Source: an uncultured Spirochaetaceae bacterium (lineage in GTDB: Bacteria; Spirochaetota; Spirochaetia; SZUA-6; DRHE01). Taken from it: a stretch of 64,000 bases of DNA. Each line of letters opens with the position of its first letter. The stretch's first letter is position 1. The position numbers and the translations under genes are program-made. The notes under the pieces are model-generated. The model did no database searches, was not told where the DNA came from, and saw only the letters and a list, made by a program, of their open reading frames with translations. Where the stretch lies: NCBI GenBank assembly GCA_964588355.1, contig CAZPPB010000004.1:2992-66991 (forward strand), given 5' to 3'. Positions 9,644 to 19,127 of the stretch are shown one piece after another.

Positions 9644-10777
9644 ATGATCGAACCGCAGGCCTACCGCCTTCGCCAGCAGAGGATCTTCGACACCCTCTCG
9701 GACAAGCAGGTCGAGGCCGCAGTCATCGTCGATCTGGAGGGTTTGCGCAATCAGTCTCTGCGCTATCTGTGCGGACAGCCCGGCGACGCCCTGCTGTTTC
9801 TCTTCGCCGGCGCAGAGAGCCTGCTCGTGCCCTGGGATGCGCCCCTGGCCCGCTCGCTGGCCACCGCTGATACCCTGGTTCCCTACGAACAGTTCGGGCG
9901 TTCGCTCTTCCGCTGCATAAAAACGATCGTGCAGGAACGACGGGTCAGGCGTGTGGACCTGTCGGCAATGCTCCCTTATCCCCTGGTCCGGGCTCTGATC
10001 GAGTCGCTTCCCGGAGTCGCGGTTGAATGCCGGCGGGACGGGATCGATGAGGCGGTCAACGTACTGCGAATGATAAAAGATCCCGGAGAAATTGAAGCGC
10101 TGCGGAGCGCTTGTGGGATCACGAATGGGTTGATCGGAATCGTACCCGGTTTTTTTGCCGACCGGCGTGAGGTGACCGAGTTGGAGCTGGCGATGTTCCT
10201 GGAAGCCGAGGCGCGCCGGCGGGGAGCGGAAGGCATGGGTTTCGACACCCTGGCCGCCTCAGGGCGGCGCAGCGGCGCAATCCACTGTTTCCCCAATTTC
10301 ACAGCCGAAGCGATTGCCCAGCAGGGGCTGGCCATCCTGGATTTTGGGGTGCGCTTCGCCGGATACACCAGTGATGTTACCCTTACCCTCACCCGGATTC
10401 CCCTCACCTCGAGACAGGGAGCCATGGTCGAGGCGGTCCTGGAGGCCTACGACCTGGCTTTGAACCTCTGCAGGCCCGGCGCCGACCCCGCTGATGTAGG
10501 CGAACGTGTACAGGAGCACTTCCAAACACGGGGATTCCACATGCCCCACTCTCTGGGTCACGGCATCGGGCTGGATGCCCATGAGGCGCCCTCGTTTCGA
10601 CGCACAGACTCGGTGTCGGGCGAAGAGCATCGACAGCGGCTTCAGCCCGGAATGGTTTTCACGATCGAACCGGGGTTGTACGATCCTGAAGCCGGGGGTG
10701 TGCGGCTGGAAAACGACCTGCTCTGCACAGAAAAGGGTGCCGAGGTTCTTACCACGGCACGCATATTGGATCTATAA
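9644..10777 (+). CDS. M24 family metallopeptidase (Xaa-Pro aminopeptidase/prolidase-like)
   Basis: Pita-bread fold metal-ligand block HSLGHGIGLDAHEAP, and the length (377 aa) fits the creatinase/prolidase N plus C domain architecture. Confidence 0.75.
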   Translation: MIEPQAYRLRQQRIFDTLSDKQVEAAVIVDLEGLRNQSLRYLCGQPGDALLFLFAGAESLLVPWDAPLARSLATADTLVPYEQFGRSLFRCIKTIVQERRVRRVDLSAMLPYPLVRALIESLPGVAVECRRDGIDEAVNVLRMIKDPGEIEALRSACGITNGLIGIVPGFFADRREVTELELAMFLEAEARRRGAEGMGFDTLAASGRRSGAIHCFPNFTAEAIAQQGLAILDFGVRFAGYTSDVTLTLTRIPLTSRQGAMVEAVLEAYDLALNLCRPGADPADVGERVQEHFQTRGFHMPHSLGHGIGLDAHEAPSFRRTDSVSGEEHRQRLQPGMVFTIEPGLYDPEAGGVRLENDLLCTEKGAEVLTTARILDL

Positions 10778-10825
10778 GCGCAGAGCCGGCGTTCACACAG
10801 GCGCGTCGGCTCGTAAGGAGAAACA

Positions 10826-11242
10826 GTGGTACACGGAAAAGAATTGGAACTGTCCACACAAGGCTTCTCGGATATCCTGGATATTACCTCCGCGGTCGAA
10901 GAGGCGGTAGGAGAATCCCGGGTAAGGGAAGGACTGGTGAACGTCGCGGTCATCGGCTCCACCGCCTCGATATCGACGATCGAATATGAGCCGGCCCTGG
11001 TAGAGGATTTGAAGGAACAGCTGGAAAAGCTCATTCCCCACACGCTGGCCAGCCGCCATTCCGCCACCTGGGGGGACGACAACGGTTTTTCCCATATGCG
11101 GGCTACCCTGATGGGGCCCAGCACGACGCTGGCGATCGCTGACGGCAGGATCGTGTTGGGAACCTGGCAGCAGATCGTGGTCATCGACCACGACAACCGC
11201 GCGCGAAAACGCAGGGTCCGCATACAGGTGATGGGGGAGTAA
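10826..11242 (+). CDS. YjbQ/UPF0047 family protein (secondary thiamine-phosphate synthase-like)
   Basis: 138 aa. The sequence (…GLVNVAVIGSTASISTIEYEPALVEDL…TWQQIVVIDHDN…) is typical of the YjbQ family. GTG start at 10826 with AAGGAG 5 nt upstream. Confidence 0.65.
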   Translation: MVHGKELELSTQGFSDILDITSAVEEAVGESRVREGLVNVAVIGSTASISTIEYEPALVEDLKEQLEKLIPHTLASRHSATWGDDNGFSHMRATLMGPSTTLAIADGRIVLGTWQQIVVIDHDNRARKRRVRIQVMGE

Positions 11243-11272
11243 TAGCTGCAGGCCGGTTGGGCGGCAGCGTCC

Positions 11273-12181
11273 CTATCGCCGGATCATGAGGGCAGTTTCC
11301 TCCTGGACATAGAGAAAGAAACAGGTGGTGGGGGGATTCCCAAAAAGACTGTGGGCTCCCAGAGATACGTCCTGCAGGAACAGTGAGCCGTCGGCGTCCG
11401 CCGGCACCTGGATACGGAAGGGGGATTCGAGGAACCAGCTGCCCTGCCCCGGCTGCAGCAGCAGATCCCGGCTGGGAGCAAGCCGGATGTCGGTCACGCG
11501 AAAAGTCTCAGCTGCCAGCCGGGCGCAGATCCGGTTCAGATCGAGTGCCCAGGGGTCTGCCTGACAGAGTAAGGACATTTCCCGGCTCAGCCGCGGGACG
11601 TCGATGGCAGAACAATCCACCCCCTGCCGCCAGAGACGGTACAGAACCTCCGCTGTCGCCCCCTCATGCCAACTGAGGCTGATGGCGTTGGTGATGTCGC
11701 AGTCCAGGGGATATACCCCCCCGGCGGGCGCAAGAGGCAGAGACTGCTCGGGAAGATTCGGATAGGCCAGAACCGGAAGGTAGAGGATTTTCGGCAGCTC
11801 GAGGTCAACGCCGGCACCGTTGTCGACCTGTTGTTCTTCGAAACCGCCGTTCTCGCTTGAAGGATAGACGATGCGGAAAGCCAGCTCGGGGAATGCTTCC
11901 CGCCAGTGCGGCGGGAGCGGAGGCAGGTGAACCGCCACGGACACGGTGGGGGAATAGAAGCTGCAGGAACAGAGCAGCTGCATCAGACAGACCAGTACCG
12001 CTGTTCCTGGAGCCGATGAGAGGCGGAAGGAAAGGGGCCGGCGACCGGTTGAGAGCTTCGGCAACGGATCGTACATTCTACAAGAATACAACGACCGGGA
12101 TTGGGGATATACTTCTATCAGTCGTTTGTAACACCAATCGTTCGTAAAACTCGGAGGCGCAATTATACCTTGATAACTCAA
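11273..12181 (-). CDS. Hypothetical protein (no recognisable domain). The true start is probably internal, near 11980-12080.
   Basis: It is the longest ORF in the region (302 aa), and the plus strand there has only short junk ORFs. The upstream 12050-12207 is AT-richer and looks intergenic. There is no recognisable motif. Confidence 0.35.
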   Translation of the reverse strand: MSYQGIIAPPSFTNDWCYKRLIEVYPQSRSLYSCRMYDPLPKLSTGRRPLSFRLSSAPGTAVLVCLMQLLCSCSFYSPTVSVAVHLPPLPPHWREAFPELAFRIVYPSSENGGFEEQQVDNGAGVDLELPKILYLPVLAYPNLPEQSLPLAPAGGVYPLDCDITNAISLSWHEGATAEVLYRLWRQGVDCSAIDVPRLSREMSLLCQADPWALDLNRICARLAAETFRVTDIRLAPSRDLLLQPGQGSWFLESPFRIQVPADADGSLFLQDVSLGAHSLFGNPPTTCFFLYVQEETALMIRR

Positions 12182-12207
12182 TACAGCTGCTCTATATTAG
12201 TGGCTAC

Positions 12208-14367
12208 ATGGTACCATTGAAGCAGCTGGAGGCCACGGTTACCCCTCTTCCCCGGGGCGGATACCTGGTGAACTCTCCTGAAGGATATATCCAATTCGGG
12301 TCTCCCCCGGAAACGATCAAAGACACAATGGCCCTGCCCGAGTCGGTCCCAAGGATCTTCGTCCTGCCCCGAGCCATGTTTGATTGGCGCAAGGGCATCA
12401 ACCTGGCCGACCTCGAGTTCCCCATCTACTACAACTTCTTTCTTCAACAGAAGAAAACCCGGGTTGTCTGTACCCGAGGTCAGGCCGCACGATTCATGAA
12501 AGCCCTGCAGCAGGCGCTGTTCGGACCCAAAGAGTTTTACATCGAGGGGGATGTGGTGGGTTCGGACGGGGGAAGATACGTGCCGGCCGTGGGCAGCGAG
12601 TTGAAATATTTCCGCGGCACGATCCGTTTTCGGGATGTCCTGGAGCTCTCGCTGTTCGACAAAGGCGATTTTTCCATCGGAAAGGTGCGTATCTCGATAG
12701 ACAGTAACGGGGATTTCGAGGTCTTCTTCGGGGCCAAAAAGACAGCCCACATTCCCGGGGTCATTCCCTGCAAGCCGATGTACCAGATCGGGCAGCGGCT
12801 GCCCGAACCCTACAAACCCCCGCTGTTCGGAGTAACCTGTCTGGGACCCAGCCACGGTTTCGATCCCACGGCCAACACTTCCGGCTACATCATCTGGCTG
12901 AATCACGCGGGAATCATGATCGATCCGCCGATCAACTCGACTGAGTGGCTGGAGTCCTCCAACGTGAATCCAAAGCTCATCGACAGCATCATCCTGACCC
13001 ATTGTCATGCGGATCATGATGCAGGAACCCTCCAGAAGATACTGGAAGAGGGCAAGATCACCGTATACTCCACCAAAACCGTCATGCGCAGCTTTCTCAA
13101 GAAGTACTCCTCCCTCACCGGAGAGCCGGTCTCCTATCTGGTTCGGCTGTTCGAGTTTCGACCCGTTTATATCGGAAAACCCGTCTTCATCCACGGCGGG
13201 CAGTTCAACTTCCACTACATGCTGCACTCCATCCCCACAATCGGTTTTACCCTGAAGTTCCAGGATCAGACCTTCGTCTATTCCTCCGATCATCAGGGCG
13301 ATCCGGTTGTGCAGAAGAAGCTGCTCGACCAGAAGGTGATCGACCAAGAGCGTTACCGGCAGCTGCAGAACTTTCCCTGGGACAGTGATGTGATTTATCA
13401 CGAATCGGGAATCGCGCCCCTGCACACACCGATCGCTTATCTGAACTCGCTGCCGAAAAAAATACAGAAGAAGACGGTTGTATACCATATCGCCAAGAAG
13501 GATTTCCCAAAAAACACGAGCCTTACCCTGGCCACCTTCGGTATCGAAAACACCCTCTACTTCAAGACCAAGGCTCCCGCGTACGAAAAAACCTACATGA
13601 TCTTGAACGCCCTGAAGCATCTCGATTTTTTCGAGACTCTGAACGTGGAAAAAACCCAGGAGTTCGTGACAATCGTCGAAGCCCGGAAGGTAAACAAGGG
13701 AGATCACATCATCCGCAAAGGGGAAGTCGGGAAGTACTTCTACATCATTCGCACGGGAAACGTCTCGATCAAGCAGGAGGGACTGATCGGCCGTAAGCTG
13801 CTCGGTACCTATGAGTACTTCGGTGAAGTAGCGCTTCTCAGTGAGGTTCCCCGAACCGCGGATGTGGTGGCCGAAACCGACGTTCTTCTCTATGCCATCG
13901 AGAAGGACAAATTCCTGAGTTTCATCCACGGGACCGATTTCGAGAAGACCCTTCGTCGTCTGATCGCCAATCGGAGTATCGAAACCTGGAATATCATGGA
14001 GGGCAGCACCTACCTGCAGCACCTGACCACCTTCCAGAAAACCTGGCTGGAATCGATCCTGGTGCCTAAAGAATTCGAAAAACCGGGGGATTTGATCAAA
14101 GAGGGGAAATCCCTGGAGCAGTTTTTCATAATCAGGGAAGGGGAGGTGGAGGTCAGCAGGGACGGACGGGTCGTGGCCGCTCTGGGCAGAGGTGACTGCA
14201 TCGGCGCCCTTCACAGGATTCACGGCGATGAAATGGCGGAATTCAGTGTCCGCCACAAAGCTCCGCTGTCCGTGTTCGCCGTGGAGAGAAACGATCTGCT
14301 CGATTTCCTGGAAGGCAATCCCGGGATCGGCATGAAGCTGGCCTACGACTACCAACTACGGGGATAG
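12208..14367 (+). CDS. Metallo-beta-lactamase-fold protein with two C-terminal cyclic-nucleotide-binding domains (putative class-II-like cNMP phosphodiesterase)
   Basis: MBL/class-II-PDE metal motif ILTHCHADHDAG. Two CNB (Crp-like) domains follow (…YFGEVALLSEVPRTADVVAETDVLLYAIEK… and …GDCIGALHRIHGDEMAEFSVRHKAPLSVFAVERNDL…). The overlapping 725-aa minus ORF (12178..14355) is an antisense shadow. Confidence 0.7.
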   Translation: MVPLKQLEATVTPLPRGGYLVNSPEGYIQFGSPPETIKDTMALPESVPRIFVLPRAMFDWRKGINLADLEFPIYYNFFLQQKKTRVVCTRGQAARFMKALQQALFGPKEFYIEGDVVGSDGGRYVPAVGSELKYFRGTIRFRDVLELSLFDKGDFSIGKVRISIDSNGDFEVFFGAKKTAHIPGVIPCKPMYQIGQRLPEPYKPPLFGVTCLGPSHGFDPTANTSGYIIWLNHAGIMIDPPINSTEWLESSNVNPKLIDSIILTHCHADHDAGTLQKILEEGKITVYSTKTVMRSFLKKYSSLTGEPVSYLVRLFEFRPVYIGKPVFIHGGQFNFHYMLHSIPTIGFTLKFQDQTFVYSSDHQGDPVVQKKLLDQKVIDQERYRQLQNFPWDSDVIYHESGIAPLHTPIAYLNSLPKKIQKKTVVYHIAKKDFPKNTSLTLATFGIENTLYFKTKAPAYEKTYMILNALKHLDFFETLNVEKTQEFVTIVEARKVNKGDHIIRKGEVGKYFYIIRTGNVSIKQEGLIGRKLLGTYEYFGEVALLSEVPRTADVVAETDVLLYAIEKDKFLSFIHGTDFEKTLRRLIANRSIETWNIMEGSTYLQHLTTFQKTWLESILVPKEFEKPGDLIKEGKSLEQFFIIREGEVEVSRDGRVVAALGRGDCIGALHRIHGDEMAEFSVRHKAPLSVFAVERNDLLDFLEGNPGIGMKLAYDYQLRG

Positions 14368-14372
14368 GTTTT

Positions 14373-16805
14373 TCAAGATCTTTCCAGCTCGATCCGATGA
14401 GCCTGCTCAAACAACGCGGCATGCGCGGGTTGGCAGGTGAAAACCACCAGCTGCTGTGTTTCGGCGAACCGGGCCAGGATGGCGGCTGCCCGCTGCTGCC
14501 TCTCCGGGTCCAGATCCACCAAAGGATCATCTAGGAGAAGAAACCCATCCTTCGGCCCGAGGAAAAACTCCGCCATGGCCAGACGAAGTGCCAATGCGAA
14601 CAGATCCTTCGTGCCCGCCGAAAGCAGATCGTAGGGAAGAACCCGGCCGTCCCTGCGAATCACCCCCGCGGGAAGAGCATCATCAGCGGGGACGTTTCGA
14701 TACCTGTCGTTGCTCAAGGTGGCCAGATAGCGGGACACCAGAGTGATGAACGGTTCATAGATCCCTCGGTCCAGCTGTTCGAGAAGCTCTGAGGTGGCCT
14801 TTTGGATCCGGACCAGGACCTCGGCTTTCTTCAACTGGCTGTTGAATTGTTCGCGAGCAGCCTCCATTCGCTGGGCCGCCTCTTCACTCGATTCGTCGGG
14901 AAGCAAAGCTTCGGCGTTACGGCAGTCACTGTCCAGACGGATCCGGTTCTGGGTAAGGGACTGAACCTCTTCGGCCAGCCGATTGTAGTCATCGAGAAGG
15001 GATTGAGTTTCCGTATAGCCTTCCGGAAGGGGGGCAAGGCCGTTTGTTTTCTCGGCGATCTCCAGTTTGGCGCCCCCGAATTCAGCGATTCGGGCGAACA
15101 GGCTGTCCTTGTCCCCATACTGTACTTGGAGGCTTTCGAGGGATCGCCGGATCTCCTCCAATTGGGATTGGAGACTCTGAAGCCGGTTGCGCTTGCCTAC
15201 GAGTTCTTCCAACACCTGGCTCTGCTCCCGACCAGGAGGGGTATCCGGACTTTCGCCGCGGGCCGCCTCCAGAGCTTCGAAGCTGTCGCTGCCCAGTTCC
15301 TGTTCATATACCGCTTTTGCCGTCCGGGCTTCGGCAAACCGCTCCTCGTAGCGCCGACTCGCTTCCACGGCTTCATCCACCGAAGAGACCTTCAGCTCCC
15401 CTAACAGTGCTGTGTGACGGGTTTTGGCCTGTTCGTATTGCTCTGCGATTTGCTCGAACTCTCCCTGCCCGGAGTAGACTTCCAAACTCCAGTTTGGATG
15501 ACGCATCTCGATCTTTCCGGAGGCCTCCACCGTCAGGCTCTTGCCCGCTGCCAGGTGCTGCTCCGCAGCTTCTTGCAGGTCTTTTTGGATCCCCACATCA
15601 ACCGCTTCCCGGGCGTGGAAGACCAGCGAGAGGTTTCCCGCCTGCGCAGCCGCCTGCAGCCGCTCGATCTGCGCCGCGCTGTCCCGAAGCCGGTCCAATT
15701 CCCGGCGGGGCAGAGGCAGCAATGAGCTCAGCTGTGATTCAGCCTGCTCCAGGCGTTGCCGCTTGTCTTGAAGTCGCCGGAACCGTTCTATGAGGTCCTT
15801 TCTGTCCAGATAGTTTTGGACCTGTTTTTTTTCCAATTCCAGAGCCTGCACCGATTGCTCCAGCTCGGGGATTTCCCGTTCCAGGGTTTCCCGGCGAAGG
15901 AGGTTTTTCGTCCAACCGTCATAGTCGGATTGCGCCTCCTTTAGGGAAAGCTCCGTTTCCTTGAGCCTGGCCTCGAGGACGCTGCGCTTTTGCGCGTCCT
16001 TCACCCCTGGCTCGATGCTCTTGAGCCGTTCCTGCTTCTCTGCCAGCTCCCGGTTGCAGCTTTCCAACTGGTCGGTGATCGTTCCGTAGGAGACTTCCTT
16101 TTCTTTGATCTCCTGAAAGTGCGATTCCGCATCTTCCAGGTCGTAATAAGCCCCCAAAACAGTTCCCTTTTCCCGGGTCCAGCGGGCCTCTCCGCCCCGC
16201 TTTTTCTCGGGCTGCTGCCGCTGCAGGTCCCAATGCCGAAGCTGCCCCTGGTAGCGGCTCTCCAGCGTTTCCTGGAACCGACCCACGGAAACCCCTTCGG
16301 TCTCCAGCACGCTGTGATGCAGCAGATCGGAGAGTCCGTACATCGTCTCCTTTTCCGTCTGCAGCTGTTCGAGGGTGGTCGCCAGACCGGATTGCCGGGT
16401 CAACAGGACCGTCCGCAGCGTTCCCGGATGAACCGGCAGGAGCGTCAGAAGATGTGCCTCAACTGCCGCCGCGTCGGCGAGTCGAGAACCGTCGGGAAGT
16501 TGTAGCTCCGCTTCCGTTTTTGCGCCCCAGCTTTTTTCGAGCCGGTAGGACTCGTCCGCCACCCGAAACTCCAAGGCGGCACAGACCGTGTCACCGCCGC
16601 CTATCGGAAGGAGAGGTTGGATCAGGTCTTGGAAGCTGCGTTTGTTGAGCTTTACCGGGGTCAGCAGGAGGTGCTGCAGAGCCCGGAAGAGGGTGGATTT
16701 CCCCGCCTCATTGGGTCCGAGAATGATATTAAGTCCCGGTTTCAACTCGATGCCCAGTGAGGCCAGCACGCCGAAAGAGGTGACCTGGAGAGTGGACAGA
16801 ATCAC
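14373..16805 (-). CDS. SbcC/Rad50-family AAA ATPase with long coiled coil (B. subtilis SbcE/YhaN-like)
   Basis: N-terminal Walker A (LNIILGPNEAGKSTLFRAL), a long central heptad-rich region, and C-terminal signature/Walker B (LLLDDPLVDLDPERQQ). It overlaps the upstream SbcD-like gene by 4 nt. Confidence 0.75.
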   Translation of the reverse strand: MILSTLQVTSFGVLASLGIELKPGLNIILGPNEAGKSTLFRALQHLLLTPVKLNKRSFQDLIQPLLPIGGGDTVCAALEFRVADESYRLEKSWGAKTEAELQLPDGSRLADAAAVEAHLLTLLPVHPGTLRTVLLTRQSGLATTLEQLQTEKETMYGLSDLLHHSVLETEGVSVGRFQETLESRYQGQLRHWDLQRQQPEKKRGGEARWTREKGTVLGAYYDLEDAESHFQEIKEKEVSYGTITDQLESCNRELAEKQERLKSIEPGVKDAQKRSVLEARLKETELSLKEAQSDYDGWTKNLLRRETLEREIPELEQSVQALELEKKQVQNYLDRKDLIERFRRLQDKRQRLEQAESQLSSLLPLPRRELDRLRDSAAQIERLQAAAQAGNLSLVFHAREAVDVGIQKDLQEAAEQHLAAGKSLTVEASGKIEMRHPNWSLEVYSGQGEFEQIAEQYEQAKTRHTALLGELKVSSVDEAVEASRRYEERFAEARTAKAVYEQELGSDSFEALEAARGESPDTPPGREQSQVLEELVGKRNRLQSLQSQLEEIRRSLESLQVQYGDKDSLFARIAEFGGAKLEIAEKTNGLAPLPEGYTETQSLLDDYNRLAEEVQSLTQNRIRLDSDCRNAEALLPDESSEEAAQRMEAAREQFNSQLKKAEVLVRIQKATSELLEQLDRGIYEPFITLVSRYLATLSNDRYRNVPADDALPAGVIRRDGRVLPYDLLSAGTKDLFALALRLAMAEFFLGPKDGFLLLDDPLVDLDPERQQRAAAILARFAETQQLVVFTCQPAHAALFEQAHRIELERS

Positions 16806-17953
16806 CGCTTCTGCTCCTGCATCAGGGTGTAGGCGGTCTGGAGAGCCTCGAAATCTTTCTGGGCGATCAGCTGTTTGAGCAGCCTGTAGGGAAAGGACCC
16901 TTCAGTGAACTCCGCCTCGACGTTCTGTTCGCTGATCCGCTCCAAAACTTCGCTGTCGTCGATCTGGGCGTAGAAATACGCTTTCTCCAATTCTGCCAGC
17001 TGCCGGCGGAGTTCGAACAGCTGTTCCGCCTCCAGACGTCCGCGAAGCTTCAGCTTCAGCAGGGTCTTGTCCGATTCCCCACTGTGGAGTTCTTTCACAA
17101 CACGCTGCAGATCGGCAAGCCTTTCCAGTGTGTGCTCTTCCCGAACGAAACGGTAGGTTCCGCTGGACAAGGACTCCAGGCGTATCTGCTTGTTTTCATC
17201 AGCTTCGATCATCCAGGCTGTTCCGCCGTGGCGGCAGTCGAAACCGTCGGGTTCGGGGGTTCCGGGTATCAACACAGCCGGGGAGGCGGCCGGGGCGACC
17301 TTGACCCTGTCTATTTCGGAAGGAAGCTGACGGTGAGTGTGCCCGATGATCCAGAGGTCGACGGGGGCTTCCTCCAGCTGCCTGCGGGTCATCGGAAAGT
17401 AGACCCCTTGAGTGTCCGGAGAAACTCCTTCGATGCTTCCGTGGGCCACACCGATGCGAAGCGTCCCCTGCCGGGCTTGCGGGTATTCACCCGGAGCTTC
17501 GGTGTCCCTCAGCCAGGATATGGCACTGTCCTTGCTGTGTTTGCTGTCGCAGGGACCTGCAAACAGATGGATATTCAGGTCGTAGTGGTTGAGATCATAG
17601 ATACGGCTGTCCTGCAGCAGCAGGATGCGATCCCCCGCTGCTTCGCTGAAGCGGGACCAGAGGGAGCTGGGGTTCCCGCTGTAGAAGTCATGGTTTCCCG
17701 GCAGTACAGCCGCCAGCCGGCCGTGAAAGCCATCGAGCAGTGCCACGGCGCGTCCTACATCCTTGGCGGAGACACTCACCCTGTCGAACAGATCGCCGGC
17801 GACAAGAAACAGATCGCAGTCCGACTGGTTTGCCCGATCCACGAGGCGTTTCAGCGAGAGAAAGCGGGCTTCCGCCAGCTGTTCCTGGACGTTCGGGTAT
17901 CCGGCGAACTTCATGCCCAGATGATAATCCGCGCTGGCTAATATCTTCACCAT
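16802..17953 (-). CDS. SbcD/Mre11-family metallophosphoesterase (DNA repair exonuclease, SbcF/YhaO-like)
   Basis: Calcineurin-like phosphoesterase motifs (ADYHLG…GDLFD…GNHDF…GHTHRQ). It is translationally coupled to the downstream ATPase gene. Confidence 0.8.
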   Translation of the reverse strand: MVKILASADYHLGMKFAGYPNVQEQLAEARFLSLKRLVDRANQSDCDLFLVAGDLFDRVSVSAKDVGRAVALLDGFHGRLAAVLPGNHDFYSGNPSSLWSRFSEAAGDRILLLQDSRIYDLNHYDLNIHLFAGPCDSKHSKDSAISWLRDTEAPGEYPQARQGTLRIGVAHGSIEGVSPDTQGVYFPMTRRQLEEAPVDLWIIGHTHRQLPSEIDRVKVAPAASPAVLIPGTPEPDGFDCRHGGTAWMIEADENKQIRLESLSSGTYRFVREEHTLERLADLQRVVKELHSGESDKTLLKLKLRGRLEAEQLFELRRQLAELEKAYFYAQIDDSEVLERISEQNVEAEFTEGSFPYRLLKQLIAQKDFEALQTAYTLMQEQKR

Positions 17954-18359
17954 AGGGTCACCGTGCTTTCAACAGTACTAACGGTGGAATGTAATTTCCT
18001 GATTCTATCAACTGGCCCGGGGGGGTACAAGGTTCAATGGGATTTGATCTTTGGAGATTTCTCGAAAACCGGACAGTGTCGGCCGGTTGCCTGAAAGACC
18101 GCATGGCTCGGCAGTTTCCTGCTTTTTATTTTGAACACGGAGCAGGCCCGGGGAAAGCGGGGATCCCAGGATACGTGAAAATGACGACATTGCAGGCAGT
18201 TGGGCGCCCGCGGAGGAGTTTCCATGGCTTGCCTTGATGCTGCCAAGCAGTATACCACGTTTTAAGGTTGATGGGGGATGCACCGGGAACAGAGAATCAA
18301 TTCATGTTCACTAAATTGATAATATTCATTATCTTTGGTTCACGTAAAGTGGAGATTCG

Positions 18360-18938
18360 ATGATGAACGAGCAGCCCGGTCGCACAGCGACCACCAATAC
18401 AGAAAATAGCGGCATGGAGACTGACGACAGCGCAGAAATCGCCACCCTGGGGGGCGGCTGCTTTTGGTGTATCGAGGCGGTTTATAATCGTATCGACGGG
18501 GTCAAGACAGTGGTGTCCGGTTATGCCGGTGGTCAGAAGGAGGATCCAACCTATGAGGAGGTCTGCTCAGGAACCACGGGGCATGCAGAGGTCGTACAGA
18601 TCCACTTCGATCCCAAGGTGATCACTTACGAGCAAATACTCGATCTGTTCTGGAAGGCCCACGACCCGACCACCCTCAATCGGCAGGGGACGGACGTGGG
18701 GACCCAGTACCGCTCGATCATCCTCTACAGCAGCCAGGCTCAACGAGGGGCGGCGGAACGCTCCAAAGCCAAAGCAGAGTCAACCTTCAATGAGCCGGTC
18801 GTGACCGAGATCGTGCCCCTATCCGGTTTCTATCCGGCGGAAAAATATCATCAGGATTACTACCGGAACAACCCGCATGCGGGCTACTGTTCCTTTGTGA
18901 TCAGACCGAAGCTGGAAAAACTCGGTCTGAACGGGTGA
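18360..18938 (+). CDS. msrA: Peptide methionine sulfoxide reductase A
   Basis: Catalytic block ATLGGGCFWCIEAVY and the overall MsrA sequence. GGAG lies 5 nt upstream of the ATG at 18360. Confidence 0.9.
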   Translation: MMNEQPGRTATTNTENSGMETDDSAEIATLGGGCFWCIEAVYNRIDGVKTVVSGYAGGQKEDPTYEEVCSGTTGHAEVVQIHFDPKVITYEQILDLFWKAHDPTTLNRQGTDVGTQYRSIILYSSQAQRGAAERSKAKAESTFNEPVVTEIVPLSGFYPAEKYHQDYYRNNPHAGYCSFVIRPKLEKLGLNG

Positions 18939-18995
18939 CGCTCTGTTCGTAGATCCGCAAGAAAGGCCAGGGGGCAATCCCAGGAGGGGACAGGC

Positions 18996-19059
18996 AAGAC
19001 TCCCTGGGGCGGCGAGCAGAGCATGCCCAACGGAGAAACCCCGGGGAGTCTTTATCTAT
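18996..19059. terminator. Putative bidirectional factor-independent terminator between convergent msrA and rbr
   Basis: AAGACTCCCTGGGG (18996-19009) pairs with CCCCGGGGAGTCTT (19039-19052), giving a 14-bp stem with one G-U. A TTATCTAT tract follows on the plus strand. The loop is unusually long (~29 nt). Confidence 0.35.
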
Positions 19060-19127
19060 GTGCAACGATCCGGCCGATGCCTATTGGGATCGTCTATTGC
19101 TCGGCAGGGAACGTAAATCGGCAGTGT

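Noticed and set aside
12178-14355. 725-aa minus-strand ORF
   Set aside because: It is a complete antisense shadow of the MBL+CNB gene (12208..14367), which carries clear motifs. The shadow has none.
14373-17953. SbcC/SbcD-like pair as a possible anti-phage defence system (Lamassu/Wadjet-like)
   Set aside because: Its two-gene organisation and sizes (383-aa Mre11-like phosphoesterase plus 810-aa Rad50-like ATPase, translationally coupled) match the housekeeping SbcEF/YhaON DNA-repair pair. There are no extra effector genes or island context.
18020-18050. GGTTCAATGGGATTT, a tRNA T-arm-like string
   Set aside because: The flanks are not complementary, and no acceptor, D or anticodon arms can be drawn. 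I found no tRNA anywhere in the window.
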